Counted from the stretch's first letter, positions 13,537-27,492 are shown. The stretch: DNA of 64,000 bases from Mobula hypostoma (GCF_963921235.1 NC_086118.1:17114001-17178000), one strand, 5' to 3'. The notes: generated from the letters alone by a model not told the origin. Numbers and translations are program-made.

Positions 13537-15049
13537 AACATCTTCAACATAAGTGATGGTCTCTCACCTTATACTCTTAAGAGATGTGTAGGTGTGTCAC
13601 AGATGGTTGGGCAAGGATCAAGAGGCTTTACTGTCGAATTGGTTGATGAAAAGACATGTTTAGCCCTCCCAATGCTCATTGAGTGTGATGAACTTCCGGA
13701 CAACCGAAAGGAAATCCCCACTCCAGAAGCAGCGACTCACCACCCTCACCTCAATTTCTAAGCAGCAAGCTGCTGTCACTCGACCCAAAGGCTGAGATCC
13801 TGCCCTTCTAGGAAGGGATATCATACAGGTACACAAGGTACTCAAGCAATTTAATGAGCCTGCTAACTCACCCTTTGCAAAGGTCAGCACCAGCATTAGA
13901 GAGTACACACAAACTTTCACCTGTCAACGTCTTTACAACTAGCATTCTAAAATCTGGGTGCCCCAAACTCATCATCTCCTGCTTTAGTAGCATCCACATT
14001 TACGAGAGCTTTGGCCAGTCCTGCCAGCCTCCTGCCTCTCCCACCTTGACCTCACAACAAAGAGGTCTGACAAGCAACACAACAAGCATCCTTTGTATAG
14101 GCAAAGACAGGTTCACTCATAACTACAAACCAGCTCCTTCAATGGATGACCTTGCTTTCCAGAGGGTGATAGATAATGGGTTCCATCAGGACACCTCAAA
14201 TAGCCAGGTGGCCCAGCCCCCAACAATGCCTCCCAAACAACTTCAAGCAAGTAGTTACATGCAGGCCCAAGCAATGTCCTGAAATTACTCTGGGAAACAA
14301 AGAACAGTATGAATGGAAAAATGGACTGTTGGAAAATGACTGGAACGTAAACTCTGGTTACAAATCTGTAAAACCAAAGTCAATATTTTGAGTTTGTAGA
14401 GACTCTAGATTTGTTTTGGATTTATTGTATATTTGATTTGATCTAATTAGCTTATTTCGAAGTTTGGGGAGTGATCCCTCTTGAAGGACAGGATTTTACC
14501 CCTGAATTTCAAATCCAGTTGATGGTCTGATTTATTCTTTAGCATTTGACTCTGCCATTCAATTGATCAGGAGAATTGAATCTAATATGTTTAGTTTTTT
14601 TTGCAATAGCCATGAGTTCAGTTGGTGGCATCTTTTACAGATACCAGGTGGGAAGTGTTATGTCTTTCCTGATTCGGATTGTTATTTTATTTCTAATGAC
14701 TAGATCTTACTGCTTACTTGTGAGTTCACAGCTGTTTTTGATTGCTCATTATAGCATTGTTAAACAATTACCTTTTGTCATCAGGTTGGCCATTTTATAT
14801 CATTTGTGCATTTCAGTCAGAAGCAATTTGTTGGAAGTCGAGGGAGTTTTGATCAGTGTTTGCATCTGCCTTTCATTAGAACATTGAGAAGTACTGGTCT
14901 TTTTATGCTTGCTCCTTCATACTGTAGCACATTGCTGAATAAAACAACCACTACCAAATAAAACAATGTCAGGACTGGAGTTATCTATCTGTCTAGCTTG
15001 AGAAAATGGGGAAAACTCTTGAGCAAGGGCAGAATATCTAATATTTTTA

Positions 15050-15700
15050 CATCTAGCTTGTCAATCCCTTTCAAAATTTGTCCATTGGATCATCTCTCAT
15101 TCTTCTGAACTCCAGTAAAATGTAGGCTAATGCTTCTCAATTTCGACTGACACTAACAGGCAATCCTCTCATTCCATGAATCATTCTGGAGAAGCGAAGT
15201 TATATACCTGTAGTGTATGTAGCACAGATATGACTTCATCAAGATCTTGTGCAATTGTAGCAAGTCTTTGTAGCATAATACCATGCAAGACAACACAATA
15301 TTTCACTTGAACACTGGAATGCCACATGCTTAATCTCTACATTTCATGGACCAAAAGCACTGTGACAACAACATTTAGCCTTTCACCATTAAAAATATTG
15401 TACTTCAAAGTTAATATTGTATTTTCCAATATTACATTCCATCTGCAACCTTCTTTCCCACTCACAAATGCATACATCTTTTTGAAAGTTTTTTTTGCTT
15501 TCTCCTTATATACATTTCCCACCTTATTTGGCATAATCGATAAATCTTGACAGACTACATTCTGCTTTTTCATACAGGTCATTAACAACAAATGCAAACA
15601 GCTGAGGGTCATAGATTCAGATACACCCCACTGCCAAAATGATAACGATCAACTATATTTACTAATATGTTACCACACTCATCTAATAAGCACTTATTTT
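15050..15700 (-). mobile_element. Decayed CR1-type fragment
   Basis: Reverse-complement CR1 3' ORF2 remnants (CTCATTCTTCTGAACTCCAG, ATTACATTCCATCTGC). Confidence 0.45.
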
Positions 15701-15949
15701 CTTGAAACAGAATTGCTCCTTTTGTGAAACAAATCCACAAAAATATCCCTTCACTCTTCAGAAAACTTTTATTTTCTCCCAACTGTTATTATTTTAACCA
15801 AAGTACTCCTCCTTGCATTTACCGATGTTGAGAATTGACTAGTATAACTGTATAACTAGTTTTGTACATAAATCAACCAAACAAAGAAAGTTTTTGACCA
15901 ATATCTGCCTTGCACTCTTCGATGTTATGGATAATTCAGTCAAGAGATA

Positions 15950-16795
15950 CTGTCCATGAAAATTGAAGGTAGATGGACAAGCTGGAAAAATGGTGGATGG
16001 GATTTAATACAGACAAGTGCAAGGTATTGTCGGTAGGGCCAACCTGGGTAGGTCTTGCATGGTAAATGGTAGTGTACTGAGGAGTGTGGTAGAACAAAGG
16101 GATCTGGGAATACAGATCCACAATTCATTGAAAGTGGCATCACAGCTAGATAGGGTAGTAAAGAAAGCTTTTGGTACATTGGACTTCATGAATCAAAATA
16201 TTAAGTACAGGAGATGGGGTGTTATGTTGAAGTTGCATAAGATGTTGGTGAGTCCTAATTTGGAGTATTGTGTGCAGTTTGGGTCACCTATCCAGAGAAA
16301 AGATGCAAATAAGGTTGAAAGAGTACAAAGAAAATTGACAAGGATGTTGTTGGGACTGGAGGACTTAAGTTTTAAAGGAAGACTGAATAGGTTAGGACTA
16401 TTCCTTGGAGTGTAGAAGATTGAGGGGAGATTTGATAGAGGTAAACGAAATTATGAGGAGTATAGATAGGGTAAATGTAAACAGGCATGTTCCACTGAGG
16501 TTGGGTGGGACTACAATTACAGGTCATGGGTTAACGTTGAAAGGTGAAAAGTTCAGGGAACGGGTGGGAGGGGGACTTCTTCACTCAGAGACTGGCGAGT
16601 GTGTGGAACAATGCAACTGGTGCATGTGAGCTCAATTTCAATGTTTAAGAGCAGTTTGGATAGGTACATGGATGGTTGAGGTATGGAGGGCTATGGTCCC
16701 TGTACAGGTCGATGGGATTAGGCAGTTTAAATAGTTTGGCACAGACTAGATGATCCAAATGATTTGTTTCTGTGCTGTACTTTTCTATGACTCCC
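15950..16795 (+). mobile_element. CR1-type LINE 3' end
   Basis: ORFs 16017-16415 and 16405-16629: RDLGIQI, LVSPNLEYCVQF, ERVQRKLTRML, RRLRGDLIEV; CR1 tail GTTTCTGTGCTGTACTTTTCTATGACTC. Confidence 0.9.
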
Positions 16796-19602
16796 GATCC
16801 AAGATCAAAATTAATTGAACAACACTGGCAGAGGAATAGTAGTTAACTCAAGCTCAATTTGAACCAGTGAAAACCTATCACAATTCAAATGTTGACATAT
16901 CCTGAATATGAATCACACATCTTCTTTGTGGTATGCCATCAAGCAAGAGTGTATAAAAAGCAACCTTAAATTGCATTAAGTTGTTCACAAACTATATACA
17001 GTGTACCAGGAGTACGGTCACAGACACGTGTTGAAATTTCTGGAATTCAATTTTTCATCGTGACTTTTTTCCTTCAACCACAATCATTTTTCAAACAGGC
17101 AGTTTTCTGATGAGTCAAACAAAGTCAGTTCCTGCACAAAATACTCTCCATGAGGGAGATTGGGTTTAAACCTAATCCAGACCAGTACCTGACAGTTTTA
17201 AAGTTCCTTCTATAAATGAATTTAACTGATTACATCCCTTCTCTAGGAGTTGGAGGTCAACTTGAAAACCAGCCCTAACTTGCACCCATGTCATTCAGAA
17301 GCCTGATGGAGTTGCTGAACAAAAAATGAATCACAGTTGGATTATTGTGTTAACCCAGTAGTTCTCCACACACACAGAATCATAATGCTTAATCCATGAT
17401 GTAAAACCTTGTGCCGAAAGTGAATGTTTAACACAAATGTGCCTTCAGAAGCAGTAGTTAAAGAAATAATATCATTCAGGCACAAACGTCAACAAGTTAT
17501 TAGGCAGGCCTAGTCACAAGCAAATTGACCAAAAAATTAGCTCCCACTTGTTTCTGAATCCCTTCTATTGTTGGAGTATTATTTGGGAAAAAAGTCCAGA
17601 GGTGCTTTGTACATTCGGCACTTTGGGTTAGCAGTTATATTGGTATATGAATTAAGTGTAAAGTTTTTGGCAACTAGGTGGATATTATTTAATTTGGCTA
17701 GCACAAGTGAGAGGGATTAAACAAGCTCTATCCATGCCATTAATTTCAATGTGCCAATGATTCCACCAAGTAGGTGGAGGGTAAAAATTCACCTCCACTT
17801 GTATGGATAGGATCCTCTTCTGATGAATTCAGGTACATTAATCACATCAGCAAGCAATCCTTAATCCTTAGCATGCATCTTAATGGGAATTTCTAGGTCT
17901 AGAATAATGCAGAAAGGCTTCATGGGAGTTTTTTATCCAGCAGATTAACTAACAGAGGCACCAGGGAAGACATCATAGCAAACAGGAATTAGAATGAATG
18001 GCTTTTGCTGCCTTGTGGTCTCTCCTTATATTTGCATTTTATTTTTCAAAGAATACTTATTGGCAAAACACATTATTCAAGATTGGATGTGAAGAATGGT
18101 TTGTGATGCACAGTTATTCCCATAAAAAGCAATATACATGACAAAGATATCACTTTAACGAGTTGAGGAAATAAAGACTACAGTAAATTTGTCAAACATA
18201 AACAGGGCAAACTACTCTAAAAAAAAGTGGAATGAGTAACAAGTAATACCATCTAAATGTTAATTAGATGTCTAATAGTCACTTTGAGAAACATACTCAA
18301 GTTTGAACATCACGGTACAACACAGTACAGTCCCTTTGGCCATCAATGTGCAAACCTTTTAACCTAGTCCAAGATCAGGCTCAATTGTTTGATAGGGAAA
18401 TTCCCAATCATCTCCACTTATTCTCTTTAATGTCCTTGTAATGCAGCCATCATTTTTTAAATTTCCTTTTCTTAGAACATTACTGTAAAGACCCCACACC
18501 CATCCAACTGAACAAACAGGAGCAAAACAGAAAATATTTCTTAATCCTTAAAACAGAAAAAAAAAACTTCTTTCAGGATTTTGCAGTGCAATTCTGTCAA
18601 TTTGAGGCAGAAAATGGATTAAATTAGCTTTGCTTTTTCTTTTTCTACAAGAAGCAATTTACAACACAGACATGAATCTTCAAGTTACTTAAGTAATTCA
18701 TAACAAATTAATGGGAGGAAAAATTATTATCAAATATTATACCTCTAAAATTCAAAATATTTCCTTCTAAATTAGAACTTGAATAGAATAAACATTGGCC
18801 TTATCCTTTGAGTTGTTTGACTGAAGGTTTCCCCTAACTTTATCTCTATTATATTTCAATTACAAGAACATTTCAATATAGAAATGCCAGTGTACACTTC
18901 TGGAGAGCAGATTAAGCAATCAATGTTCTACATAAAGTAAACATAAGAAAAAGCAGCCAAGATTTTGATGTTAGATATGGCAAATTTCACTACTCCCTTT
19001 TCAGTTCAAAGAAACAGGCACCCAATTTCACCATTATGCATTTATGATTATCCTAGTGGTCTTCATCAGGAGATGGTTCTGTCTATCTAAGATTTGGAAG
19101 TAGCTCCTTCAATGTGAATCAGATGCTAGAAGTAATTTCTTTAGTTAATTTAAAATAAGTATCAGTTTTGTACATTATGAAAATTAAGGGAGAACAAATA
19201 TGTTAATATTTTGCAAGTATTTTTACCTTAGTATTAACAAGCTGATTTGGAATCACAAAAAAACATGAAAATACAACAGGAGCATAAGTACTTTTAGCAT
19301 GAAAATTGATAACAAAAAATTTTACAGTGCCAAATCTGTTGAAGTATTATTGTATTATACTTAAGTTACCACCGTCAATTAAGATCCATGTGTAAAATGA
19401 GATAAATCTTAAAGGAACTGTTAGAATATCTTGAAAAGAAAGGCCATTGGGATATACTTTGGAATAACGACATCCTTTTCCCCTCAAATGGTCTTGGTCT
19501 ATGTAGCTTTAGTTCCAATGTACTACAGGTGTAGAGACACCAACATCCCCGCCACCTCATCTCTCTGCTGCTCTTCATCCCATCGCCTTTTCCCTGTACT
19601 GA

Positions 19603-19790
19603 CAAATGCTGGAGGAACTCGGTAAGGCAGACAGCATCTATGGAGGGGAATAAGCAGTCAATGCTTTGTGTTGAGATCTGTCATCAAGGCAAATGCCCTG
19701 ATGAAGGGACTTGGCCCAAAATGATTGCTATTTATCCCCCTCCACAGATGCTCCCTGACGTGCTGAGCTCCTGCAGCATTTTGTGTGTTC
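19603..19790. repeat. Short PLE-derived fold-back element
   Basis: AAATGCTGGAGGAACTC..CAGCATCTATGGAGGGG paired with CCCCCTCCACAGATGCT..GAGCTCCTGCAGCATTT; decayed hammerhead CCTGATGAAGGG..CCCAAAA near 19697. Confidence 0.7.
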
Positions 19791-20214
19791 CCTCATATTT
19801 TTACTTCATTATGCCCTTCACTATTTCATTCTTCCAATGCGTAACATGAGCAAAAATTAAGTTTATGCATGAATTCAGGTGTTCAGACACTTCCATCACT
19901 GAATATAAACTGCTCTTTCACATTCTGTCACAAAATATGCCTGCTTCGCTATCCCACCCACTTTGTTTTCATTAACCAAATAAGTCTGGAAGAACAGTAT
20001 GAATTTACTAACACATTATCAACTTGGCCACTTAAGCATTTTGATGTTAATATTTTAAAAAATAATCTGCTTGTATCAGAACATGACCTAAGATGGAGTG
20101 TTTCAGCTATGAAGATAGGGTTGGATAGGATGAGTTATATAGATTAGAACACAAATTAGGCTGCAGCTGAAATATTTCAAGGAGTTCTCATTTTCACACC
20201 ATAGGTATGAATTA

Positions 20215-20660
20215 ATTACACCGGAGAGGGTTCAGTGAAGACTTGCCAGAATGTTACCTGGGATGGAACCTTTCAGCCACAAGGAGAGACTCAGTAGGCT
20301 GGGTTTGGTTTCCTTGGAGCAGAGTAGGCATCACCTAATGAGGTATATGGGACCTGACTGAGATTTACAACATTATGAGAGGCATAGATAGGTAGTTAAT
20401 AATAAAGCTTATCCTGTATAAGTGTTAAGTTTAAGATGAGGGGTAGGAGAGTCAGAATGGAATTTGGCTGAATTTCTTCACCCAGAGGATGAATGAAACC
20501 TCCAAAATGGTATGTAAAGGGCTGGTAACGTTTAAAGAGGATTTAAATCTTCAGCAAGTATTGTAAAGTTGGTGAAGCTAAATAGGAACTTGAGGCTAGA
20601 ATGGACACAGTGAGCCAAAGAGCCATTTTCTGTGCTGTATGATTTAAGATTTCGACTCTA
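20215..20660 (+). mobile_element. CR1-type LINE 3' fragment
   Basis: ERVQ.R..RMLPG-like coding remnant and CR1 tail TTCTGTGCTGTATGAT. Confidence 0.6.
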
Positions 20661-20784
20661 GTTGTCAATGTCATCAAAGGAGTTCAAGTATGGATACCAA
20701 ACGCTACTGGAAAACTGAGAACCCTTCTGAACAGAGCTGTCTGACCAGAACAAGAAAATGAGTGCTCAGTCTCAATGCAGTTAA

Positions 20785-21210
20785 ACTTACTTACTACCCA
20801 TTATGGCATGCATTATGGCAGCAATGAAGGTCCTCCATCTCTGGCGATGTACAAGGCTTCCTTCATCACATCAGTAGTTTCCTCTTGGTTTTCACTACTG
20901 TCAGTCATGCATGTCCTGGATGGAGACTCAGGAATACCATCACATTCCGATGTAGAAGGATTCTTCATTACTGTTTCCATAACAATTTTGTTTTACCAGT
21001 CAGAGCTGTTAGCCCTGACCTGAACCCCCAAATCTGGACGACCAGTGGACTACTCTTAGTGGCCTCTACCCTTTGACCTGTTTGGCATGGGTGACCCTAC
21101 CCAGAGCCAGCCATTAACCCTTGACTCCAGCCAACATATTGTAGTTCTCTGGGTCATTGAGGTCTGCAAGCCTCCAAACCCAATGACAAGGTTGTGGTCC
21201 TCTTGGAGGA
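20785..21210 (-). repeat. Non-autonomous bipartite RTE-derived element (5' UTR joined to 3' tail)
   Basis: Minus strand starts with Expander/RTE-like 5' UTR (CCTCAATGACCCAGAG..GGTAGGGTCACCCATGCCAAACAGGTCAAAGG) and ends with GAGGACCTTCATTGCTGCC..(TAAG)n. Confidence 0.5.
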
Positions 21211-22544
21211 GTGCAGTTAAGAGTATCTTCTAAATCACCATTTCCACAACATATGAATTTAGTGGTTTGTTTTGTGCAAGAAGGCATTTCAACAGCCAAC
21301 CGCTTCATTTTTTAAAGGCTATCAAGGAATAGAATAATAGCACAAAAGGGGATAAACTATAAATAAAAACAGAAAAAAATCAATTACAAGCTTTTGGGAG
21401 TAAGGTTATAAACAGGAGGTAAAATTAGTGGTAAAAAGTTCTTCCAGAATAAAAGTACTTCTTAAAAGCTTCAAATTAGAGTTCCATCCTGCCTGAGCTT
21501 CTAACTGATCACTTTCTATTCTGCTGATGCAAATGTTCGAATCTCATTCCTCAAAGGAAAATCTTTCCATGTCTTGAATTCTCACCTCAAGGTTAAAGCA
21601 CAGCGGGAGTCAGAATTCAAATATCTATTTCCTCACCAAAGGGATGAGTTACATGCCAAAGGTACAGCCCCTTATGAAACAAAATATACCAACTCACAAT
21701 TTATAAATGATATTACTCTTAATCTGAATGTTAAAGTCAAAATCATACCAAACAGAATGTCCTAACTGAAAACAGTTAGGAAATTCAGTACAACACTGGA
21801 CAGGTCATTCAGTCCACAATAATGCCACGCTAATCTTGATAATTATAAAACTTTTAAGTACTAGTTTGTCAAAAAAAATCACAAAAATTAATAGTTGTGT
21901 TGGCTTGGAAGGAACTCAAGTATTGTATATGAAAAGCATTTTATTTTCTCTAAGAATGACAGAATAGTATGATAAGTGCACTATTTTAATTGAGAACAAT
22001 TCAATCAAGCAAAACTCAGGATAATATAAACCAAAGAACATTTATCAAATGGTTTATGTTGAGCTGCTCGGTTAAGTATAATGATGTATTTTTTTCTACT
22101 CAGTTTTCTGACTGTCAGAAACAATTTCAGTGTGACGTATTTTAAGTAGGAAATGCACTCAAACTGCACTTTAAAAATAGCAAAAGAATGGATAAAATAA
22201 ATTGCAAACTAAACACCCAAGCTGGAACTGGACAATAAGAGCATAGGGTTGAAAGGGTTGTAGAGGCAAAGTGTATTAAAATGAAACAATACTTTATAAT
22301 TGAGAGAATTTTTAAATGGAGATGAATCAAGACCAATTTGTACTGAATAGAAACCAGGCACAACAGCTTCTGACAACTTGAACATTTTGTGCAGGTCAAA
22401 GTTCAGATGAATACCATGAAGGATATTGAAAAACTGAATCTGCTTTACCAAAGCTATGGTTTGGGATATCAGATAGATAATATTTTGAAAATGAAAACAA
22501 TCTTGGCCACAGACCAGAGTTCAAAGACTAGTTCAGGGCTGAAC

Positions 22545-23710
22545 ACAGATCATAAAACATTACTGCACAATGTAGGCCCTTCAGTCAATGATGTTGTACC
22601 AACCTATACAAACCTACTCCAAAATCAATCTAACCCCTCCCTCCTACATAACCCATACCCTCCAAATTCTCTTTCATCTAACAGTTTTATAAATGTCTCC
22701 ATTGTATCAGTGTCTACCACCAGCCTGCCAGTGTGTTCCAAGCACTCATGACTTTCTGTAATAAACAAAGTCTGACATCTCCCCTCAATTTTCCTCTACT
22801 CACCTTCAATGAGTGTCCTCAGGTGTCGACCATTGCTGTCCTGGAAAAAAAGGTCCTGGCCGTCCAATTTATCGATGCCATATGCGGTACATCTCTATCA
22901 AGTCACCCCTCATCCTCTTTGCCTCCAAAGAGCTATAGCTCATTCAAACACATGCTTTCTAATCCAGGTAAATCTCCTTGGCACTCCCTCTGAAACTTCC
23001 ACATCCTTATTGTAATGGGGCAACCAAAACTGAACGCTTTATTCCAAGTGTGGCATAACCAGAGATTTATAGAGCTGCAACATTATGTTGTGGCTCTTGA
23101 ACTCAATCCCCCAACTAACGAAGGCCAGCACACATTATGCCATCCTAACCACCGTACCAAACTGCCTGGCAAATTTGGGGGGGATCTATGGATTTGGACC
23201 CCAAGACCCTTTGTTCCTCCATACAGCCACGAATCTTGCCATTAACCTTGTACTTTGTCTTCAAGTGATGGCCTAAAGTATAGCACTTCACCGGACTGAA
23301 CTATCATAACCTATGGCAAGCTTCTACACTATCTACAACATCTCCAATCTTGGTGTCATCAGCAAACTTACTAACTCATCCTCCACTTCAAAATCTAAGT
23401 CATTTGTAAAAAATACCAAAGAGCAGGAGTTCCAAAACAGATCCCTGTGGAACATCATTAATCACTGATATTAGTCCTGAAACATCAACTGTTTATTCAT
23501 TTGTATAGATATTGCCCTGACCTGCTGAGTTCCTCCTGCATTTTGTGTGTGTTGCTTTAGATGTTTACCATCTGCAGAATTTCTTCTGTTTATTATTTAG
23601 TCACTGACCTTCAGGTAAAATACCCTCCATATACACCACCCTCTGCCTTCACAGGCAAGCCATTTCTGAATCCAGACAGCCAAGTTTCCATTAATCCCAA
23701 GCATCCCAAT
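22545..23710 (-). mobile_element. CR1-type LINE 3' part, with a PLE tail insertion at about 23469-23596
   Basis: Reverse-complement CR1 ORF2 and 3' UTR; insert flanked by TTAATCACTGA/TTAGTCACTGA. Confidence 0.7.
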
Positions 23711-24629
23711 GCTTCTTCAAATGCTCATAAATCATGACTCAATGAATCCTCTCCAAAAGTTTGCCCAGGAAATGAAACCCACAATTGAATGACGTAGAAA
23801 CTTAAAAGTTTGTGGTTAAAAGTGCTGTTGCTTTAGTATTAAGAATTCATCTTTGGCAAATTATCACAAAAAACATACTATGTATTAAATTCCAACTGGG
23901 AACAGTCTTGCTATCATAGCTGCCTTGCCTAATCCTCAGTCCTTCCAATTATAAACCTTGATATGAAAGATTTGTGTCTGACAGTCTGAAAGTTTTAAGT
24001 TTTATTTGTTTCCAACTTGGCAAATTTTAAATCATCAATTCCAACTGTAGACATAACTAAGAAAAATCTCCAGATAAGTTCAGTAAAACTTCACAGAAAA
24101 CAGCCCAATTTGTAACAGAAATACACACTGTAAAAAGGTGAACATTATGCCCTCTGCATGTTGTATCTCTTCTGTGAACACCATAATCATTTTCCCCATT
24201 CCTTACGAGGTCATAGTTACTTGGTAAAATACAAACAAAGGCCAAGTTACATACTTAGAAGTATGAATTCCATAAACCCTTATGAAGTCCATTAACAAAC
24301 AAGTGATTCTTTGTGCATAATCTGACATGAATGTTAATTTATAAATCAGTCATGTGTACAAATCAAATGATTATATTACTGTTTGCAGATTGTACGTCAA
24401 TTTGGAAAGATGATTCATTTGCAGGTAATGAAGCTGAATTTCTGATACAGACGGCAACACCATGTGCTTCAACATTTAGGAAAAGTGAGCAGAAATAAAA
24501 CCTTATCCCATCATCATATTCAAGAAATTTGTACTGCATATTGGGGAAAAAATGGGATTAGAAATAGCATCATACAGCAAACATATCCTCTGGTCCAGCT
24601 GGACAAAATCTCTCTGGTGAAGCTATGTT

Positions 24630-27310
24630 GTCAATAGAGACCATAAGACTGGGAGCAGAATCAAGCCATTTAGCGCTTCGAGTCTGTTCCACCATTCCAT
24701 CCTGGCTGATTTATTATCCCTCTCGACTCCATTCTCCTACCTTTGACCCGCAACCTTTGATGCCTTTACTAACCAAGAACCTATCAATTAATCTCCACTT
24801 TAAATATACCCAATGACTTGGCCTGCAAGGCTGTCTGTGGCAATACCTTCTGGAGATTCACCACCTTCTGGCTAAAGAAATTCCTCCTCATCTATGGTCA
24901 TAGGGACATCCTTCAATTCTGAGTTTGTGCCTTCTGGTCCTAGACTCCCACAATATGGGAAACATCCTCTCCAAGTCCACTAGGCCTTTCAACATTCTAC
25001 AATTTTCAATGAGATCCTCCCTCATTTTTCTAAACTCCAGCAAGTACAGCCCAGAGACATCAAACTCTCCTCACACATTAACCATTTCATTCCAGGGGTC
25101 ATTCTCGTGAACCTCCTCCGAACCCTCTCAGATGCCAGCACAGCTTTTCTCAAACAAAGGACCAACAACTGCTCACAATTCTGAAAGTGTAGTCTAACCA
25201 AATCCTTATAAAGCCTCAATATTACATTCGTGAGTTTGTACTCTAGTCCTTTCAAAATGAATTCCAACATTGCATTTACCTTCCTTACCACTGACTCAAC
25301 CTTCAAGGCAACCATTAGAGAATCCTGCACCAAGACTCCCAAGTCCCTTTGCACTTCTGATTTCTGAATGTTCTCTCCATTTACAAAATAGTCCACACAT
25401 TTATTACTTTTACCAACGTGCAGGAGTCCCCCTGCACTGTACTGCATCTGCCACTTCATTGCCACTCTCCAAAACTAGGTCCTTTTATAGACTCCCTCCT
25501 TTCTCAGCACTACCTACCTCTCCACCAGTCTTCGTATTGTCTTCAAATTAGGCCACAAAGCCATCAATTCCATCACCAAAATCACTGATATATAATGTGA
25601 AAAAAGTGGTCCCAACATCTCCACTACCCCTCTCCCCCACCCCACCACCGTGGAACCTCACTAGTTACTGACAGCCAAACAGAAAATGTGTTCTTTATTC
25701 CTACTGTTTGCCTCCTGCCAGTCAACCAAATTTCTACCCATGCTAGTATCTTTCCTCTAAGACTAAAGGCTCTTATCCTATTTAGGAGCCTCATATAGAG
25801 CATCTTGTCAAAGGCCTTCTGAAAATTCAAGTAAATAATATCCACTGGAAACAAACCATCACTGGAGACAAAATGTCTAACAATGTCTTTTACAAACCTA
25901 CCAATTTCCACGGCAATCTCGACTATACCTCTCCCACCCTATTCCCTTTTCTCAGTTTCTTCATCTTGCTGTATCTGTTCCCAGGATGAGGCTTTCCTTT
26001 CCAAGACATCAAAGATGCCCTCCTTCTTCAAAGAACAGGGTTTCCCTTCCTCCACAATTGATGCTGCCCTCACCTGCATCTCCTCCATTTCCTGGACATC
26101 TGTGCCCACCCCAACTTCCCGCCATCTCAACAGGGATAGAGTTTGTCTTGTCCTTATCTACCACACCATGAACATCCGCATGCAACGCACCATTCTCCGC
26201 TACTTCTGCCATCTTCAATGGTATCATACTCCCAGACACATTTTACATCACTCCCTTCATGATTCCCTTGTCTACTTGTCCCTCCCCACTAATTTCCCTC
26301 CTGGCACACATCTGTAGGCAACAGAAATGCTACATCTGCCTATTCATCTCCTCCCTTACCTCCATTCAGCATCCCAAACAGTTCTCTCAGATGAGGGAAC
26401 ACTTCACCTACGAATCTAATAGGATTGTCCATTGTACTGGTGTTCTCAATACAGCCTCCTCTACATTGGTGAGACCCGACATAAATTGGGGGACCCCACT
26501 TTGTCGAGCTCCTCTGCTCCATCTGCCAAATGTGGAATTTCCCAGTGGCCAACTATTTTAATTCCTATCCCCATTCCTGTTCCGACATGACCTCCTCTTT
26601 TGCTACCATGAGGCTCTTCTCAGGATGGAGGAGTAACACCTCATATTCCGTCTAAGAAGCCTCCAACCTGATGGCATGAACATCGATTTTTCCTTCCGAT
26701 AATTTTACCCCCTTCCCTCTCCTTCTAATAACCACACTGGCCACTTACCCTTTCTCCTCACCTGTCTATCACCTCCCCCTGGTGACCCTCCTTCTTCCCC
26801 ATCTCCTATGGTCCATTCTCCTTTCCAATCAGATTCTGTCTTCACCAGCCCTTTACCTTTCTCACCCACCTGGCTTCACCTATTAACTTCCAGCTATCCT
26901 CCTTCCACTCCCCAACCTTTTTATTCTGGCATCTTCCTCCTTACCTTACAGTCTTGAAGGAGGGTCTCAGCCCAAGATGTTGACTGTTCATTCATTTCCA
27001 TTAGATGCTGCTTGACCTGCCGAGTTGTTCCAGCATTTTTTTTTTGGGTGTAATATCCACTGACTCTCCTTTTTCTATCTTGTCTGTCTGTTATTTTCTC
27101 CAATATTCCAACAGACTTGTTAAGCAAGATTTCCCTGGAAACCATTGAGAGAGAAGTGCCCTGCAGAGGATTGACCACTCTCTCGAATTTGACATCACCC
27201 AAAAGTTTAGAAATGTTTGTTTATTTTGTTTCCATTAACTTGAACAATGGTTCTAACATTCTTCTTGTGGGACCCCAATTTACAATTTATAAATAACTGT
27301 CCTTTACTCC
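24630..27310 (-). mobile_element. CR1-type LINE RT region, interrupted by a Penelope-like element
   Basis: Minus ORFs with YLNFQKAFDK, WLTGRRQTV, QRDLGVLV, LYKDLVRLH, ERVRRRFTRM; CR1 sequence resumes after 27062. Confidence 0.85.
25848..27050 (+). mobile_element. Penelope-like element (Neptune-like), 5'-truncated: RT C-terminus, Zn-finger, GIY-YIG, 3' UTR
   Basis: ICSQDEAF..FFKEQGFPSSTID, C..KCYIC Zn-finger, HFTYES..VHC..LYIGET GIY-YIG remnants; pyrimidine-rich 3' UTR; decayed hammerhead CAGTCTTGAAGG..GATGTTGACTG; 12-bp TSD TAATATCCACTG (25836-25847, 27051-27062). Confidence 0.85.
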
Positions 27311-27454
27311 TGTTTTCTGTTTCACAGTCCTAATGGCCACCAGCTATGATATTATGCAAACAAGAGGAATTCTGCAGATGCTGGAAATTCAAGCAACACA
27401 CATCAAAGTTGCTGGTGAACGCAGCAGGCCAAGCAGCATCTATAGGAAGAGGTG

Positions 27455-27492
27455 CAGTCGACGTTTCAGGCCGAGACCCTTCGTCAGGACTA
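27455..27492 (-). ncRNA. Minimal type I hammerhead ribozyme motif (left arm)
   Basis: Minus strand reads TAGTC CTGACGA AGGGTCTCGGCCT GAAA CGTC GACTG: stem I AGTC/GACT, core CUGANGA and GAAA, GUC cleavage triplet. Confidence 0.75.

Larger units (their letters stand above)
9860..15036 (+). mobile_element. BEL/Pao LTR retrotransposon, pol largely deleted
   Basis: LTRs 9860-10230 and 14656-15036 (TGTTAT...GGGCAGAATA); 5-bp TSD TCTAG/TCTAA; PPT CAGGTGGGAAG; BEL gag remnants (ELGLLVKRLGPRSAEQARRLRSVH, CPLH..C..CFCCC knuckles) and protease YVVLDDHSNKSL near 12900; no RT or integrase seen. Confidence 0.85.
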
